The notes beneath the pieces are model-generated. The model had not been told where the DNA came from, searched no databases, and saw only the letters and a list, made by a program, of their open reading frames with translations. The translations under genes and the position numbers were made by a program. Positions 38,824 through 48,141 of a stretch of DNA of 58,100 nt are shown here, piece by piece (position 1 is the stretch's first letter; the number at the start of each line of letters is the position of its first letter). Source of the stretch: a virus (taxonomy: Duplodnaviria > Caudoviricetes); IMG/VR virus record IMGVR_UViG_3300043465_000956, positions 1-58,100 of that record; one strand, written 5' to 3'.

Positions 38824-41800
38824 TAAACTTGTCCTTGTTGCTGAGCCAATAGTTGTTCGGCTATAATTCTATGCATTTCTAGTTTCATTGTCTTTGAGAA
38901 ATTGTCAAGTCCTTGGCCACTATTTATATCTACTGATACATTCGTAGAGTCTAACTTCATTTTAATAGAGCTATCTCTTAATGATGAAACTATATTTTTT
39001 AGTTCATTATTAAATAGCACAAGACCACCAGTCATATCTTTAATTGATCCTTGGAATATATCTGCTGATGTTTTTAAGAGCTGTAAACTATCTTCTTGTG
39101 ACTTTAATAACGCTTGATCATTTTTATTTATTTCAGATGTCTGGAATTGAGCACTATTTTGTAGCTCTCCTTGTCTTCTGGTCATTCTACCTTGGCCAAC
39201 AGCAGTAAAGTCATTAGCCAGATCTCCTTCCCCAAGTTTTCTTCTAGCTACTACCGAGCCAGATAGTGATGCTTGTTGATTAAGAGATTCAGCTTGGCCG
39301 CTCTGCATTGTCGAAGTATATAAGGCTCTATTACCATTGCCGCGATCTATCTCTCTACCTATCTGAGCATTAGCTGCAGCATCTCCTCCAGCGGCTCTGG
39401 CTTCTTCAACTCTCTTGAGTCCCTGAACCTGCTTTTCTGCCTCTTTCTTGGCTTCTTTTCCCATTCCACCACTTAATGCTAAATTGATATCCTCGAAAGT
39501 TTGCGCTCTTCCTTTTTCTAGTTCAACCTCTTCTTTAATTGCCTCGATTGAGGCCTGCCTAGCTTGGGTCTCTAATTTAATAGCCTCTGCTTGTTCCTTA
39601 GCCCGTATTTGAAGGACTGCAAATGTATTCTCAAGATCCTGAGAGGGTATATTTCCGCCTGCCGACTGCTGCTGGACTATCGATTCACCAGTGGCCGTTA
39701 ATTGTGCTGACGTTGCTACGAATTCATTCCTTGCATCCTGACTAGGACCAATACTAGTTTGTCTTGCTCTCATTTCTCCAACTGTCGAACCACCAAGTTT
39801 AAATCCTTCAAGATCCTTTTTTCTATTTTGCATTGCTTGAGAATTATCAAAAACCGACTGGTTATATTCGCTCTGTGCCTGAGATGCTCTGCTTAAACTA
39901 TCTATAAATCTAGCAACTCCAGTTTCAGTGCTATTAGCTGCCTCTATTAGTTTCTGCTTTAGAGCATCTGCTCCCTGTATAGTGGCTTCATAAGCCTTGT
40001 CAAGAGCCTCACCTTCTAGCCCTGTCGCGTCTCCCCCAGTCGCATCGATTATTTCTCTCTTTTTATTCGCTATAGCATCTGCTGCTGCCTGTCTTTTCTC
40101 TGGCGATGCAGTAGCATAGGCTGATTCAAGTTTCGTTATCTCGGACTTGCCCTTCGAGGCCGCTGAAACATTCTCTTTATAATTCATGATACCGAGTGAC
40201 TTAGCGGCTCTAGATTGCTCATCGACATTTTCGCTCGTGGCGGCTCTGGAGATAGAAGATCCCCTGAAGTCTTGAGAAGATACGGCAGATGCCACGTCTC
40301 CAAGCTGAGATGTGACAATACCTCTCTGATTTGCTTTAGTTAGACCAGATGTAGTAATAAGTTGCTTGTGCATCTGCGCATTTAGTATAGCCCTTACGGC
40401 AGCTTCAGTTTTTGCTGTCGCTTTTACGTCTTCAAGTTGATTCTGTAAATCGTTAGCGGCTCCAGATAAAAGAATAAGTTTTCTTGCAGAAGGATCTAAG
40501 CTATCAAGAAAAATAGTCCAGTCAGTGCCTCCATTATCTGCAAAAGCAGTCATTTTTGTATCAATAGCTGGTCTAATTAGATCAAGAGAGGCCTTATTTT
40601 CCTCCTTAGTTTTAGCGTCCAAAGTATCCATTTCGGCCATTAGTCGCTCATTTGCTTGTCCATACGTTTCGACCCAGCCAAGTGTAATTCTATTAAGTCC
40701 TTTGTTTATCGTAAACCTAGCTCCAGTGGCTCCGCCTTCGTTTGCGCTATTCTGTGCCATTTGGGCTGTTTTTTCAGCTTTTGATTTTTTATTTTCTCTA
40801 TCGACAGATTCTCCAGCAAAAGCATTTTCCCGAACTGCTACACTGCCAAGAACTTTATCGGCATCTTTTTCGGTCTTTATTTTACTGACTTCTTTTGAGA
40901 TAGAGGCGGTGTTCCTTTCTCTGACCGATTTAGAATATTCTACAGCGGCAGCGGAAGACGCTTCTGCCGCTCTGGCCGTACTAGACTCAAGAATACCTAA
41001 CCAAGCTCCAAGATCCCTAAATTTTGAAACAACATATGATCCAACTCCAGTCATCGAAATGAGCTTAGATACAACACCAACTACTACAGCAGTTAAAGCA
41101 ACTATAGCAACAACAGTTCCAGTTATGGGTAAAGTTATAAGCGACAATCCAACAGCTAATGCTGTTCCAACTATGACCAAGCCAGCAAAAACTGCCGAGA
41201 GTGCCGTACCATCAGATTGATTTTGCTGATATGTCGCTGCTTCTGCGGCTTTTGCCGAATTTCCTGCCTTAATCTGTTTCTCTGTTTCCTCTTGTAGTCC
41301 TCTGACTCTGTCTACGGCATAACCAAAAGCATAAACTCCAGCAACAGCAGTGACGGCAGCAGAAGCTACAGTTAGTAAAGAAGCACTTACAGCGGCAGTA
41401 GCGGTAGTAACAGCGGCAGCTCCACCAGCGGTGACTCCACCAGCGGTGACTCCACCAGCAACGGCTCCAGCGGTGGCTCCACCAACTCCGGCAGCGACAG
41501 ATGTAGTCACAGCAGATGTTGCGGCAGACGTTGTAGCAGATGCTGCGGCAGACGTAAGCATACTAGTGACTGTAGAAGATAAAGTCTTTGATAAGGCACC
41601 TAGATCAGTAGTCAGTACTCCCTTTATAGAATTGATGGCGTTACCAATGCCTTCAGCATTTAAGGCCACTCCAAAGGACGATAATGTGGCTGTTACTATA
41701 GAGATAGTACTAACTAAACTCAAGATTGAGCTAATACCACGCCCCATAGCTGTTTCTTGATCTGCATACTGAGAAGCAACTCCAGACGCCACAAAAGCTA

Positions 41801-44741
41801 ATGTAGAGAATGTAGAAGCAAGATTTCTTGATTTTTCAGCAGCTTCAGCCTTGGCTTGTGTGTCTTGTAACGTATTTGCAGTTTGAGCAGGAGATTTCAT
41901 AGCGGCAAAAGAGGCCATAGCCGGATTGGCGACTTGAGCAGTGGTCGGTACTGTAGCAGAAATTGGGGCTGATGGTTGCGATACCTTTTTTGATTTGGGA
42001 GCTACATAATTTCCCTGCTTGTCCGTGACTGTCGTAGCAGGAATGCTAATTGGATCATTCTCCGCTATATCGGCAAAATCTTTACCTGAAAACCTAGCCG
42101 CTCCAGAAGTCGCGGCCCTTTTAGCCTCTTTTGCCGCCTTCGCTGCCTCTTTTGCCGCCTCTTTTGTCGCCTTCGCTGCCTCTTTTGCCGCCGCTGCTTT
42201 CTCTTTAGTTTCTTTATCAACTCTAGCTTTCTCTTCCGTAGCAGCGGAAAGTCTAGTTGCTGCTGCTTCTTCTTCGGCCTTTAGAGCAGCAGTCTCTGCC
42301 GCTTCCCTCTTTTCTCTTCTCTTTATAGCTGCTGGATCTTCATATCCAGATGAAGCAGCTACCGCTCTTTCTTTTTGCGGTTCTGCGGAGTTATTCAAGT
42401 CTGTTGTTTGTTGCTGTTTCCTAGACTTAATCTTAGCTTGAATATCTGCCGACTCGGCAACTACTGCAGCTTCCCTATCACTTACACGAGCAGGAGCAGG
42501 AGTAGTATTGGTTTGCGGACTATCTTTTTGTTTCAGAGTTTTTACTAATTCATTAAGTATGGTGTTGTTATCTGTTAAAACAAATTTTACTCCATTAACA
42601 TCTTGTGTTTTTTCTGTTTCTCCTCCACTTGAAAATCTTTGAACTGGTCCACCTTTGGCGTATTTGTTTACTTTATGCAAATTTCCATAACCGAAAGCTT
42701 CAGCAGACTCTTTGTTAACAACGAACTCTCCGGGGGTTAGGAGTGCAGGTACTGTGTCTGTGCCAGAAGTCGCTCCGCCTCTTGCCTTTTTTTGAGGGTT
42801 CTTAGGAAATTTAGTTTTCGCTAATTTTTCAGCAGTAGATCTCCTATTCTTTAAGTTATTGGTTAGCTTAATATCGGCAGGACCCAGTGGTAATTTTGAA
42901 TCTAAAATACTATTTAGTTTAAATGTGACCTGTTTTACGTCTAGAAGATCATTTCCGGGTGAATCAATTTTAGACAGCTTAAGGACCATTTCTTCGAATA
43001 GTTGACCTTCAGCCAACTTAAGACGACTAGTAGTTCTAGATATCCCTTCACTCGGTATATCGGACTTCTTCATAGAAGAGGAAAGGCTTTGCCTAAGTCG
43101 CTTCTGGGCATCTACAAAAGCATCCGTTTTCATAGAAGTAGAAGATACTAGAACTTTCGCTGAGTATGGTTGTCCATTATAGGTGCCAGCAATAACTTGA
43201 TCTTCACCATCCTTTCCAAGATTTGGCACTATCATACCTATAGAGCCGAGATCAATTGAGGATCGGCCTTGTCTTTTGGTTGCTTTTACTCCTTGCGGCT
43301 CTTTTGTCCTACTAGGTCCCTTTCCGTATTTATTAATCTTATGCAAAGCATCAGCACCAAACGCCTGAGCCGCACTCTTTCTGATCACAAATTCGCCGGG
43401 CTCCAACATAGCCGGTACAGTGTCTCCACTCCCGCTACCGGGAACAAACCCACCAGACGCTCTCTTTATTGGTGCCTTTCCTCGCCCAAAGCTAGGCAGA
43501 CCAACACCCAACAGTGATTTTGATAATTTAATAGCAGCAAATGTGGCAAGAAGTGGAATCAAGTCCTTGATAGAACCAGCGAACCCGATGAAAGCGTTAG
43601 TGAGCGATAGCACAGTCGAAATCATGGCTTTAAAAGTGCCAGTCTCCATAACATCGCCAATCAGCTTAGCGAAATTTTGCTGAGTCTGTGCGAGCTTGAA
43701 AGAGAGAGTTTCTTGTGCCTTGGCTAGGTCGGCAGCGGTCTCTGATGACGCATTCTGAGCATCCGCATAAATCCTTTGCATCTTGGCAGCTTGAGTCAGC
43801 AAAGGAATAACTCTCGATTGTTGCAAAACTCCACCGAGCTGTTCTACGATCTCTGAGAATTGAAGAGATCCCGGACTAATATTGGCCCTCTCGATGCCCT
43901 TCTGGATTTCTAGAATGGCCTGATAGTTACCAATGAAGTTCCCTTTAAGGTCTGTAAGCTCTATGCCGAATTGACGAAGATAGTCAATCGTTTTAGGTCT
44001 CTGTAGACGAGAAAAGATGGTTCTAAGACCTGTAGAGATAGTCTCAGAGCTTTCTCTGGTGGTATCTCTCACAGTGGTATAGATGGTCACAAGCTCTTCA
44101 AGGCTTCCACCAGTAGCAGCGAAAACACCGCCCGCCCGCTTGGCCGCATCGACCAAGTCGTCAGATTCAACAGCGTACTTTTTAGCAACCACATTCAGTA
44201 AAGAAAGAACTCTGGCAGACTGGCCAACGGTTGCTGTGAACTGCTTATTGATAGCAATCAAACCTTCTGTAGTATTTGATATGCTTTCAAACGAGGCCAA
44301 GAGAGTAGTTTTAGCTAGTTCATCAGCAGCTGCCTTGGCTTCATTTAGAGAATAACCAGCCTGAGCTAGTACTCTGACCGTCTCTGCGATTTTAGGGGCG
44401 GATAGACCATAGGAAACAGACATTTTTCTGATAGCATCAGAGTGTTCTCCTATGTCTTTATTGCTGACCCCTACAGTCTGAGCTAGTTTGGCCAATTCTT
44501 GGTCGAATCTAATAGCGTCATGAGTGGCACTAGCGATTACCATGCTAATCTTGGCCATAGCACCGCCCAAAGCGGCATACCCTGCCAGATTAACCCCTTT
44601 TAGGGTAACAGCATCGTGAAATGATCTGGAAGACTTGGTCCCCTTCTCTAGGCTAGAATTAATGCCGGAGATGGCCCTTTGGACAGATGAGCTATCCACG
44701 CCTTCTAGAACTAGTCTAGCAGATATGTCGTAAAGGGCCAT
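38823..44741 (-). CDS. tail tape measure protein (1972 aa)
   Basis: TP901-like core (FDQELAKL...LAQAG...TRESSETISTGLRTIFSRL), Ala-rich helices, hydrophobic segments, GTDTVPAxLxPGEFV repeats. Confidence 0.92.
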   Translation of the reverse strand: MALYDISARLVLEGVDSSSVQRAISGINSSLEKGTKSSRSFHDAVTLKGVNLAGYAALGGAMAKISMVIASATHDAIRFDQELAKLAQTVGVSNKDIGEHSDAIRKMSVSYGLSAPKIAETVRVLAQAGYSLNEAKAAADELAKTTLLASFESISNTTEGLIAINKQFTATVGQSARVLSLLNVVAKKYAVESDDLVDAAKRAGGVFAATGGSLEELVTIYTTVRDTTRESSETISTGLRTIFSRLQRPKTIDYLRQFGIELTDLKGNFIGNYQAILEIQKGIERANISPGSLQFSEIVEQLGGVLQQSRVIPLLTQAAKMQRIYADAQNASSETAADLAKAQETLSFKLAQTQQNFAKLIGDVMETGTFKAMISTVLSLTNAFIGFAGSIKDLIPLLATFAAIKLSKSLLGVGLPSFGRGKAPIKRASGGFVPGSGSGDTVPAMLEPGEFVIRKSAAQAFGADALHKINKYGKGPSRTKEPQGVKATKRQGRSSIDLGSIGMIVPNLGKDGEDQVIAGTYNGQPYSAKVLVSSTSMKTDAFVDAQKRLRQSLSSSMKKSDIPSEGISRTTSRLKLAEGQLFEEMVLKLSKIDSPGNDLLDVKQVTFKLNSILDSKLPLGPADIKLTNNLKNRRSTAEKLAKTKFPKNPQKKARGGATSGTDTVPALLTPGEFVVNKESAEAFGYGNLHKVNKYAKGGPVQRFSSGGETEKTQDVNGVKFVLTDNNTILNELVKTLKQKDSPQTNTTPAPARVSDREAAVVAESADIQAKIKSRKQQQTTDLNNSAEPQKERAVAASSGYEDPAAIKRREKREAAETAALKAEEEAAATRLSAATEEKARVDKETKEKAAAAKEAAKATKEAAKEAAKAAKEAKRAATSGAARFSGKDFADIAENDPISIPATTVTDKQGNYVAPKSKKVSQPSAPISATVPTTAQVANPAMASFAAMKSPAQTANTLQDTQAKAEAAEKSRNLASTFSTLAFVASGVASQYADQETAMGRGISSILSLVSTISIVTATLSSFGVALNAEGIGNAINSIKGVLTTDLGALSKTLSSTVTSMLTSAAASATTSAATSAVTTSVAAGVGGATAGAVAGGVTAGGVTAGGAAAVTTATAAVSASLLTVASAAVTAVAGVYAFGYAVDRVRGLQEETEKQIKAGNSAKAAEAATYQQNQSDGTALSAVFAGLVIVGTALAVGLSLITLPITGTVVAIVALTAVVVGVVSKLISMTGVGSYVVSKFRDLGAWLGILESSTARAAEASSAAAVEYSKSVRERNTASISKEVSKIKTEKDADKVLGSVAVRENAFAGESVDRENKKSKAEKTAQMAQNSANEGGATGARFTINKGLNRITLGWVETYGQANERLMAEMDTLDAKTKEENKASLDLIRPAIDTKMTAFADNGGTDWTIFLDSLDPSARKLILLSGAANDLQNQLEDVKATAKTEAAVRAILNAQMHKQLITTSGLTKANQRGIVTSQLGDVASAVSSQDFRGSSISRAATSENVDEQSRAAKSLGIMNYKENVSAASKGKSEITKLESAYATASPEKRQAAADAIANKKREIIDATGGDATGLEGEALDKAYEATIQGADALKQKLIEAANSTETGVARFIDSLSRASQAQSEYNQSVFDNSQAMQNRKKDLEGFKLGGSTVGEMRARQTSIGPSQDARNEFVATSAQLTATGESIVQQQSAGGNIPSQDLENTFAVLQIRAKEQAEAIKLETQARQASIEAIKEEVELEKGRAQTFEDINLALSGGMGKEAKKEAEKQVQGLKRVEEARAAGGDAAANAQIGREIDRGNGNRALYTSTMQSGQAESLNQQASLSGSVVARRKLGEGDLANDFTAVGQGRMTRRQGELQNSAQFQTSEINKNDQALLKSQEDSLQLLKTSADIFQGSIKDMTGGLVLFNNELKNIVSSLRDSSIKMKLDSTNVSVDINSGQGLDNFSKTMKLEMHRIIAEQLLAQQQGQV
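41341..41560 (-). repeat. Ala/Thr/Gly low-complexity coding repeats (15-nt GGVTA unit)
   Basis: CCACCAGCGGTGACT tandem copies on the + strand, in frame within the tape measure. Confidence 0.75.
42115..42196 (-). repeat. AKEAAK coding tandem repeats
   Basis: GCCTCTTTTGCC/GCCTTCGCT units in frame within the tape measure. Confidence 0.75.
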
Positions 44742-44766
44742 AACCTACTCTCCAATTATCGAATGA

Positions 44767-45597
44767 CTATTGATCAACGGCTACAGCAGCTACCTCAACT
44801 TCGGCCTGAGCCTCGGGCTGAGCCTCGGGCTGAGCCTCATCCTTGACGGTTGTAAAGTCGTCCTCAAATTCAGCCTCTTCGATATTTACCCCAAGAGGAT
44901 TGCCATTTAGGTCAACACGCTTCCCAGCAGAGTCTAGCCTGTATCCGTCTTCGTCGACTTTGTGACCCTCAATATCGACGAGGTTTCCAGCATTATCAAC
45001 GAAGTGCCCAAGGTCGTTTACAAGCTTAAATCTCTTCAAGAACTTGTTCTCGACTAGGGTACTCTCATAGTCTTCATTAACTCCGTAAAGAAAATTAGCA
45101 AACTTTTCAGCTAAAGCGATGCCCAGATCGTCAGACCCTTTTTCTAAGTAGTCTTCCGTAGAGGCATATACGTATTTCTGGGTGTCATAGTCAAAAACTG
45201 ACTTGGCCAAAAGAGCATTGAACCTAGCATTATCTGCTTGGGCCTCAGCGGAATTAGATTCCATCTGATTTCGCTCAGAAATAAGGGCTCTAAACTCTCC
45301 ACGCTTTTTGGCAAGCTGGATTGCAAGGGCCTTGCCCTCACTAACCTTCATCTTTCCAGAAGATAGCTTGTATTCCAGCTCCCCAATTTCTTTAACGAAT
45401 GACTTGTATAGCTCTTCCTTCTTGTCGTTCCACACGCCTTGCTCTATCATATAGTTCATAAGGCTCTTTTTTAGGAGAGCCCCATCATCGAGAGCCTGAC
45501 GAAAGGCCTTATTGTGGATCTTTTTACCTTCGGCGATAGCCTGTGGGGTAATCTTGATGAAATAATCTTTTTCCCCAACCGTGAATCTATTTTCCAT
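44767..45597 (-). CDS. putative tail assembly chaperone
   Basis: Between tail tube and tape measure; SD AGGAG before ATG 45597; acidic tail with a 12-nt EAQP repeat. Confidence 0.6.
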   Translation of the reverse strand: MENRFTVGEKDYFIKITPQAIAEGKKIHNKAFRQALDDGALLKKSLMNYMIEQGVWNDKKEELYKSFVKEIGELEYKLSSGKMKVSEGKALAIQLAKKRGEFRALISERNQMESNSAEAQADNARFNALLAKSVFDYDTQKYVYASTEDYLEKGSDDLGIALAEKFANFLYGVNEDYESTLVENKFLKRFKLVNDLGHFVDNAGNLVDIEGHKVDEDGYRLDSAGKRVDLNGNPLGVNIEEAEFEDDFTTVKDEAQPEAQPEAQAEVEVAAVAVDQ

Positions 45598-45835
45598 GAT
45601 CTCTCCTAAGTGGCATAAAGTAAATTGTCTTGTATTTGATGTCAAACCCGTCCAAATCCCGTTCCAGTTCCCTGATCTGAAAATGGCCCTTGTCCAAAAT
45701 GTCTTTTCTTAGCTCTTCATATTCGTCCCCTTCAAAGATATCCTTGTATTCCTCAAGGCTTGCGAGAGCCCCAATCATCGTGGTCATAATGCGTCTTCGC
45801 ACCGCCTGATAAAGTTGTACTGCACCATTTCCCAT
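45587..45835 (-). CDS. hypothetical protein
   Basis: SD AAGGGG, 82 aa, overlaps the next start. Confidence 0.7.
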   Translation of the reverse strand: MGNGAVQLYQAVRRRIMTTMIGALASLEEYKDIFEGDEYEELRKDILDKGHFQIRELERDLDGFDIKYKTIYFMPLRRDHGK

Positions 45836-45866
45836 TTAATTACCCCTTATCCTATTTTGGTCAGAT

Positions 45867-46799
45867 TCATCTGGCCCTAAAACTTAATTCGTTCTTTTTC
45901 ATGCCAAGCTCCTGTTTTACGTGCGAGAACTGTCGCTCATCAAGGGTGCCCTTGTCGGCCAAATCCTTGGCTCTGGACTTCAGAATTTGCTTGCCCTCTG
46001 GGCTATTTAGATTATTAATCTCTCTGACCTCTTTCTGACTGGAGGCCATAACGAAGACCTCCCCAGAATTTTGGCTTGGAAGATCTTTCTTCTTCTCCTC
46101 AGCCTCTCTCTTCTTGGCCTGCTTGATGAACCAACCATCCACAGCCAAAGGGTCTCTCATGACTATATTGCTCGGCGAGTCCATAGATTCACCAATATTG
46201 TCATAGAGTTTACTCCAGTAAAGTAGGCTGAGCTGATTGTCATTTAACTGATTTGCACTAAGTCCAAAAACAGATTTTGGGTCTTTAGAGCCGCCCCATA
46301 TCATCCGCCAAGTACTGTCAAAATACAGGGCCCTTATGTCTTCCTCTGAGATTCTAGAATTCAAAAACTTTCTAGAAAACACGAATGGAGAATCTCTATC
46401 TTTAAATAGATAATACGCATAGGCTTCGTCCCTAGCGTATTCGCAGGTGTACTCATTCAGATAAATCTTCTTTTGAAATGCAGTGTTCAATTGATGGATC
46501 TTTGCGTCAATTGCTCGCTTGATCTTCATGCGACGGGTTTCAATAACGAATACCTCGAAATAGTCCACTTTCATCTGCTGCAAGTCTTCGAATCCCTGAA
46601 GATAGTCCTCCTCCTCATTCTGGGTCCACAGGCCAACCTCCATTAGATAATCGGCCAATTCCTGTTTACTAAAAGAGCCGAACTCAAAGCATTCTTCATA
46701 GACCGTCTCGGAATAGGCAGCAGCTTCGGCCTTTTCTATGGGAGAGAAATTGGCGATCCTGATCGGCTTTTTAAAAGCTAATAGTGTCGTATTAGACAA
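45867..46799 (-). CDS. putative tail assembly chaperone
   Basis: Directly after the major tail gene; helical and charged; TTG start is uncertain. Confidence 0.55.
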   Translation of the reverse strand: MSNTTLLAFKKPIRIANFSPIEKAEAAAYSETVYEECFEFGSFSKQELADYLMEVGLWTQNEEEDYLQGFEDLQQMKVDYFEVFVIETRRMKIKRAIDAKIHQLNTAFQKKIYLNEYTCEYARDEAYAYYLFKDRDSPFVFSRKFLNSRISEEDIRALYFDSTWRMIWGGSKDPKSVFGLSANQLNDNQLSLLYWSKLYDNIGESMDSPSNIVMRDPLAVDGWFIKQAKKREAEEKKKDLPSQNSGEVFVMASSQKEVREINNLNSPEGKQILKSRAKDLADKGTLDERQFSHVKQELGMKKNELSFRAR

Positions 46800-46838
46800 C
46801 AGTTCCTGTATGATGGCTCTCGCCCCCTAAAGTCCTAT

Positions 46839-46866
46839 ACGAGAATGGGGGCTTTCGCCCCCATTC
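46839..46866 (-). terminator. GNRA-loop hairpin downstream of the major tail gene
   Basis: On the - strand GAATGGGGGC-GAAA-GCCCCCATTC (10-bp perfect stem), then TCGT. Confidence 0.65.
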
Positions 46867-46892
46867 AGTCCGAAAGTTTACATAGCTAAGGC

Positions 46893-48098
46893 CTACGTAA
46901 AATGGTACTTCCAATAGTCTGCACTAACGTAGGTCATAGGGTCTCCCGAATGAAGAACTACGAAGTCATTGTTGTTCTGCATTGAGTAGGTAATAGCGGC
47001 GTTGCCCCCACCAGCATCTCCACCACCATAGCTTACACTAGTAAGCTTGTTCTTGTTGCCAACCTGAATTACAGTAGAGTCATCAAGACACACCTGAATC
47101 GTATGGTTTGACAAGTTACCACCGCTAGGTACGTCTTCGACAGCGTTGATGTTGTCTCCACCAACTGCAATCACCTGAATCTCAGTTGATACGTTGACCG
47201 GAAAGTTCACGTATCTGTAGTATGGAGCATATGTACCAAGCTGGTTGATCGCTTCGCGACCGGCGTCGACCGAAAAGCTAATAGACTGAATGTGAACGTT
47301 AGCCAGATTGACACTTCCACATCTTCTGAATGAGCTTGCTCCAGTTGCTCCAGTGCCAGAGCCGTTATTGGTCATCCCTTGGATGAAGTCTGGTAGCACG
47401 GTGACAAAATTCCCACTACCACGAGCAACAGTCCCAGATCCGTGTAAGAAGTTATTTCTTCGGAGAACTCCACCGTCTGGAGATTGGGGTGAGTCATCCC
47501 CGAATGCAAATACTGAGTTGACAATTCCGCTAGCACCAAGAAGAATACCAGTATCACTAGTTGAAGTGATCCACTTCTTGTTGTTCCCAACAAGTGTCAG
47601 GCTCTCAGTGAAGTTTCCATCCGTAGGTAGATTGATACTAACTGAAGACCAATACATGCCTGAGCAATATAGCTCTGCGGCTAGGCTCTGCCCACTAGCT
47701 ACGGCTGCATTAGTTTCGAGACCAACCACCATTCTCAGATCGGCTCTCGCGTCAGCACGACCAGATAGGGTCGGGTTCGCAGCACGAATTGTGGCGGCAT
47801 GATAAGCCATTGTATAGCCGTCCAACAGACGTTCGAAGGTTGCTTCGATATCTGGAACTTCTTCCACGTTCTCATAGATCGAAAGCTGACCCAGCTCCTG
47901 CACAGCCTCAAGACTGAAGTTAGTATTAACTCCAATACTCTGAAGACCATGCATGATGATCATATTTCCAGAACCTATGAAGGTTGCTGGATCGCCATTA
48001 CCCCAAGAATCTTTCACGCCAGTTGCACCCATATCTCCAATAGCGACACCTTGGGTGGCGTAAAAAACACGCTTGTTTGTATTTGGATTAAACGTCAT
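46893..48098 (-). CDS. major tail (tube) protein
   Basis: Upstream of chaperones and tape measure; duplicated QSI...ELGQ/QLG blocks; strong SD GGAG; followed by a hairpin. Confidence 0.7.
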   Translation of the reverse strand: MTFNPNTNKRVFYATQGVAIGDMGATGVKDSWGNGDPATFIGSGNMIIMHGLQSIGVNTNFSLEAVQELGQLSIYENVEEVPDIEATFERLLDGYTMAYHAATIRAANPTLSGRADARADLRMVVGLETNAAVASGQSLAAELYCSGMYWSSVSINLPTDGNFTESLTLVGNNKKWITSTSDTGILLGASGIVNSVFAFGDDSPQSPDGGVLRRNNFLHGSGTVARGSGNFVTVLPDFIQGMTNNGSGTGATGASSFRRCGSVNLANVHIQSISFSVDAGREAINQLGTYAPYYRYVNFPVNVSTEIQVIAVGGDNINAVEDVPSGGNLSNHTIQVCLDDSTVIQVGNKNKLTSVSYGGGDAGGGNAAITYSMQNNNDFVVLHSGDPMTYVSADYWKYHFT

Positions 48099-48130
48099 TT
48101 ATTTTCTCCAGCAAAAAAGGAATTCCAATT

Positions 48131-48141
48131 ATTTATACGCC
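48131..48141 (-). promoter_or_regulatory. candidate phage promoter element GGCGTATAAAT
   Basis: Lies 32 nt before the tail-tube ATG; matches the motif before nrdA. Confidence 0.3.

Noticed and set aside
40525-42441. Long + strand ORFs opposite the tape measure (also 47308-47802, 49287-49811, 53627-54112)
   Set aside because: Antisense shadows of Ala/Gly/Thr-rich coding sequence with no recognisable motifs.
45464-45474. A-AAA-AAG slippery heptamer in a putative chaperone gene
   Set aside because: It lies early in the gene and the -1 frame reaches TGA within a few codons, so no G/GT-type fusion results.
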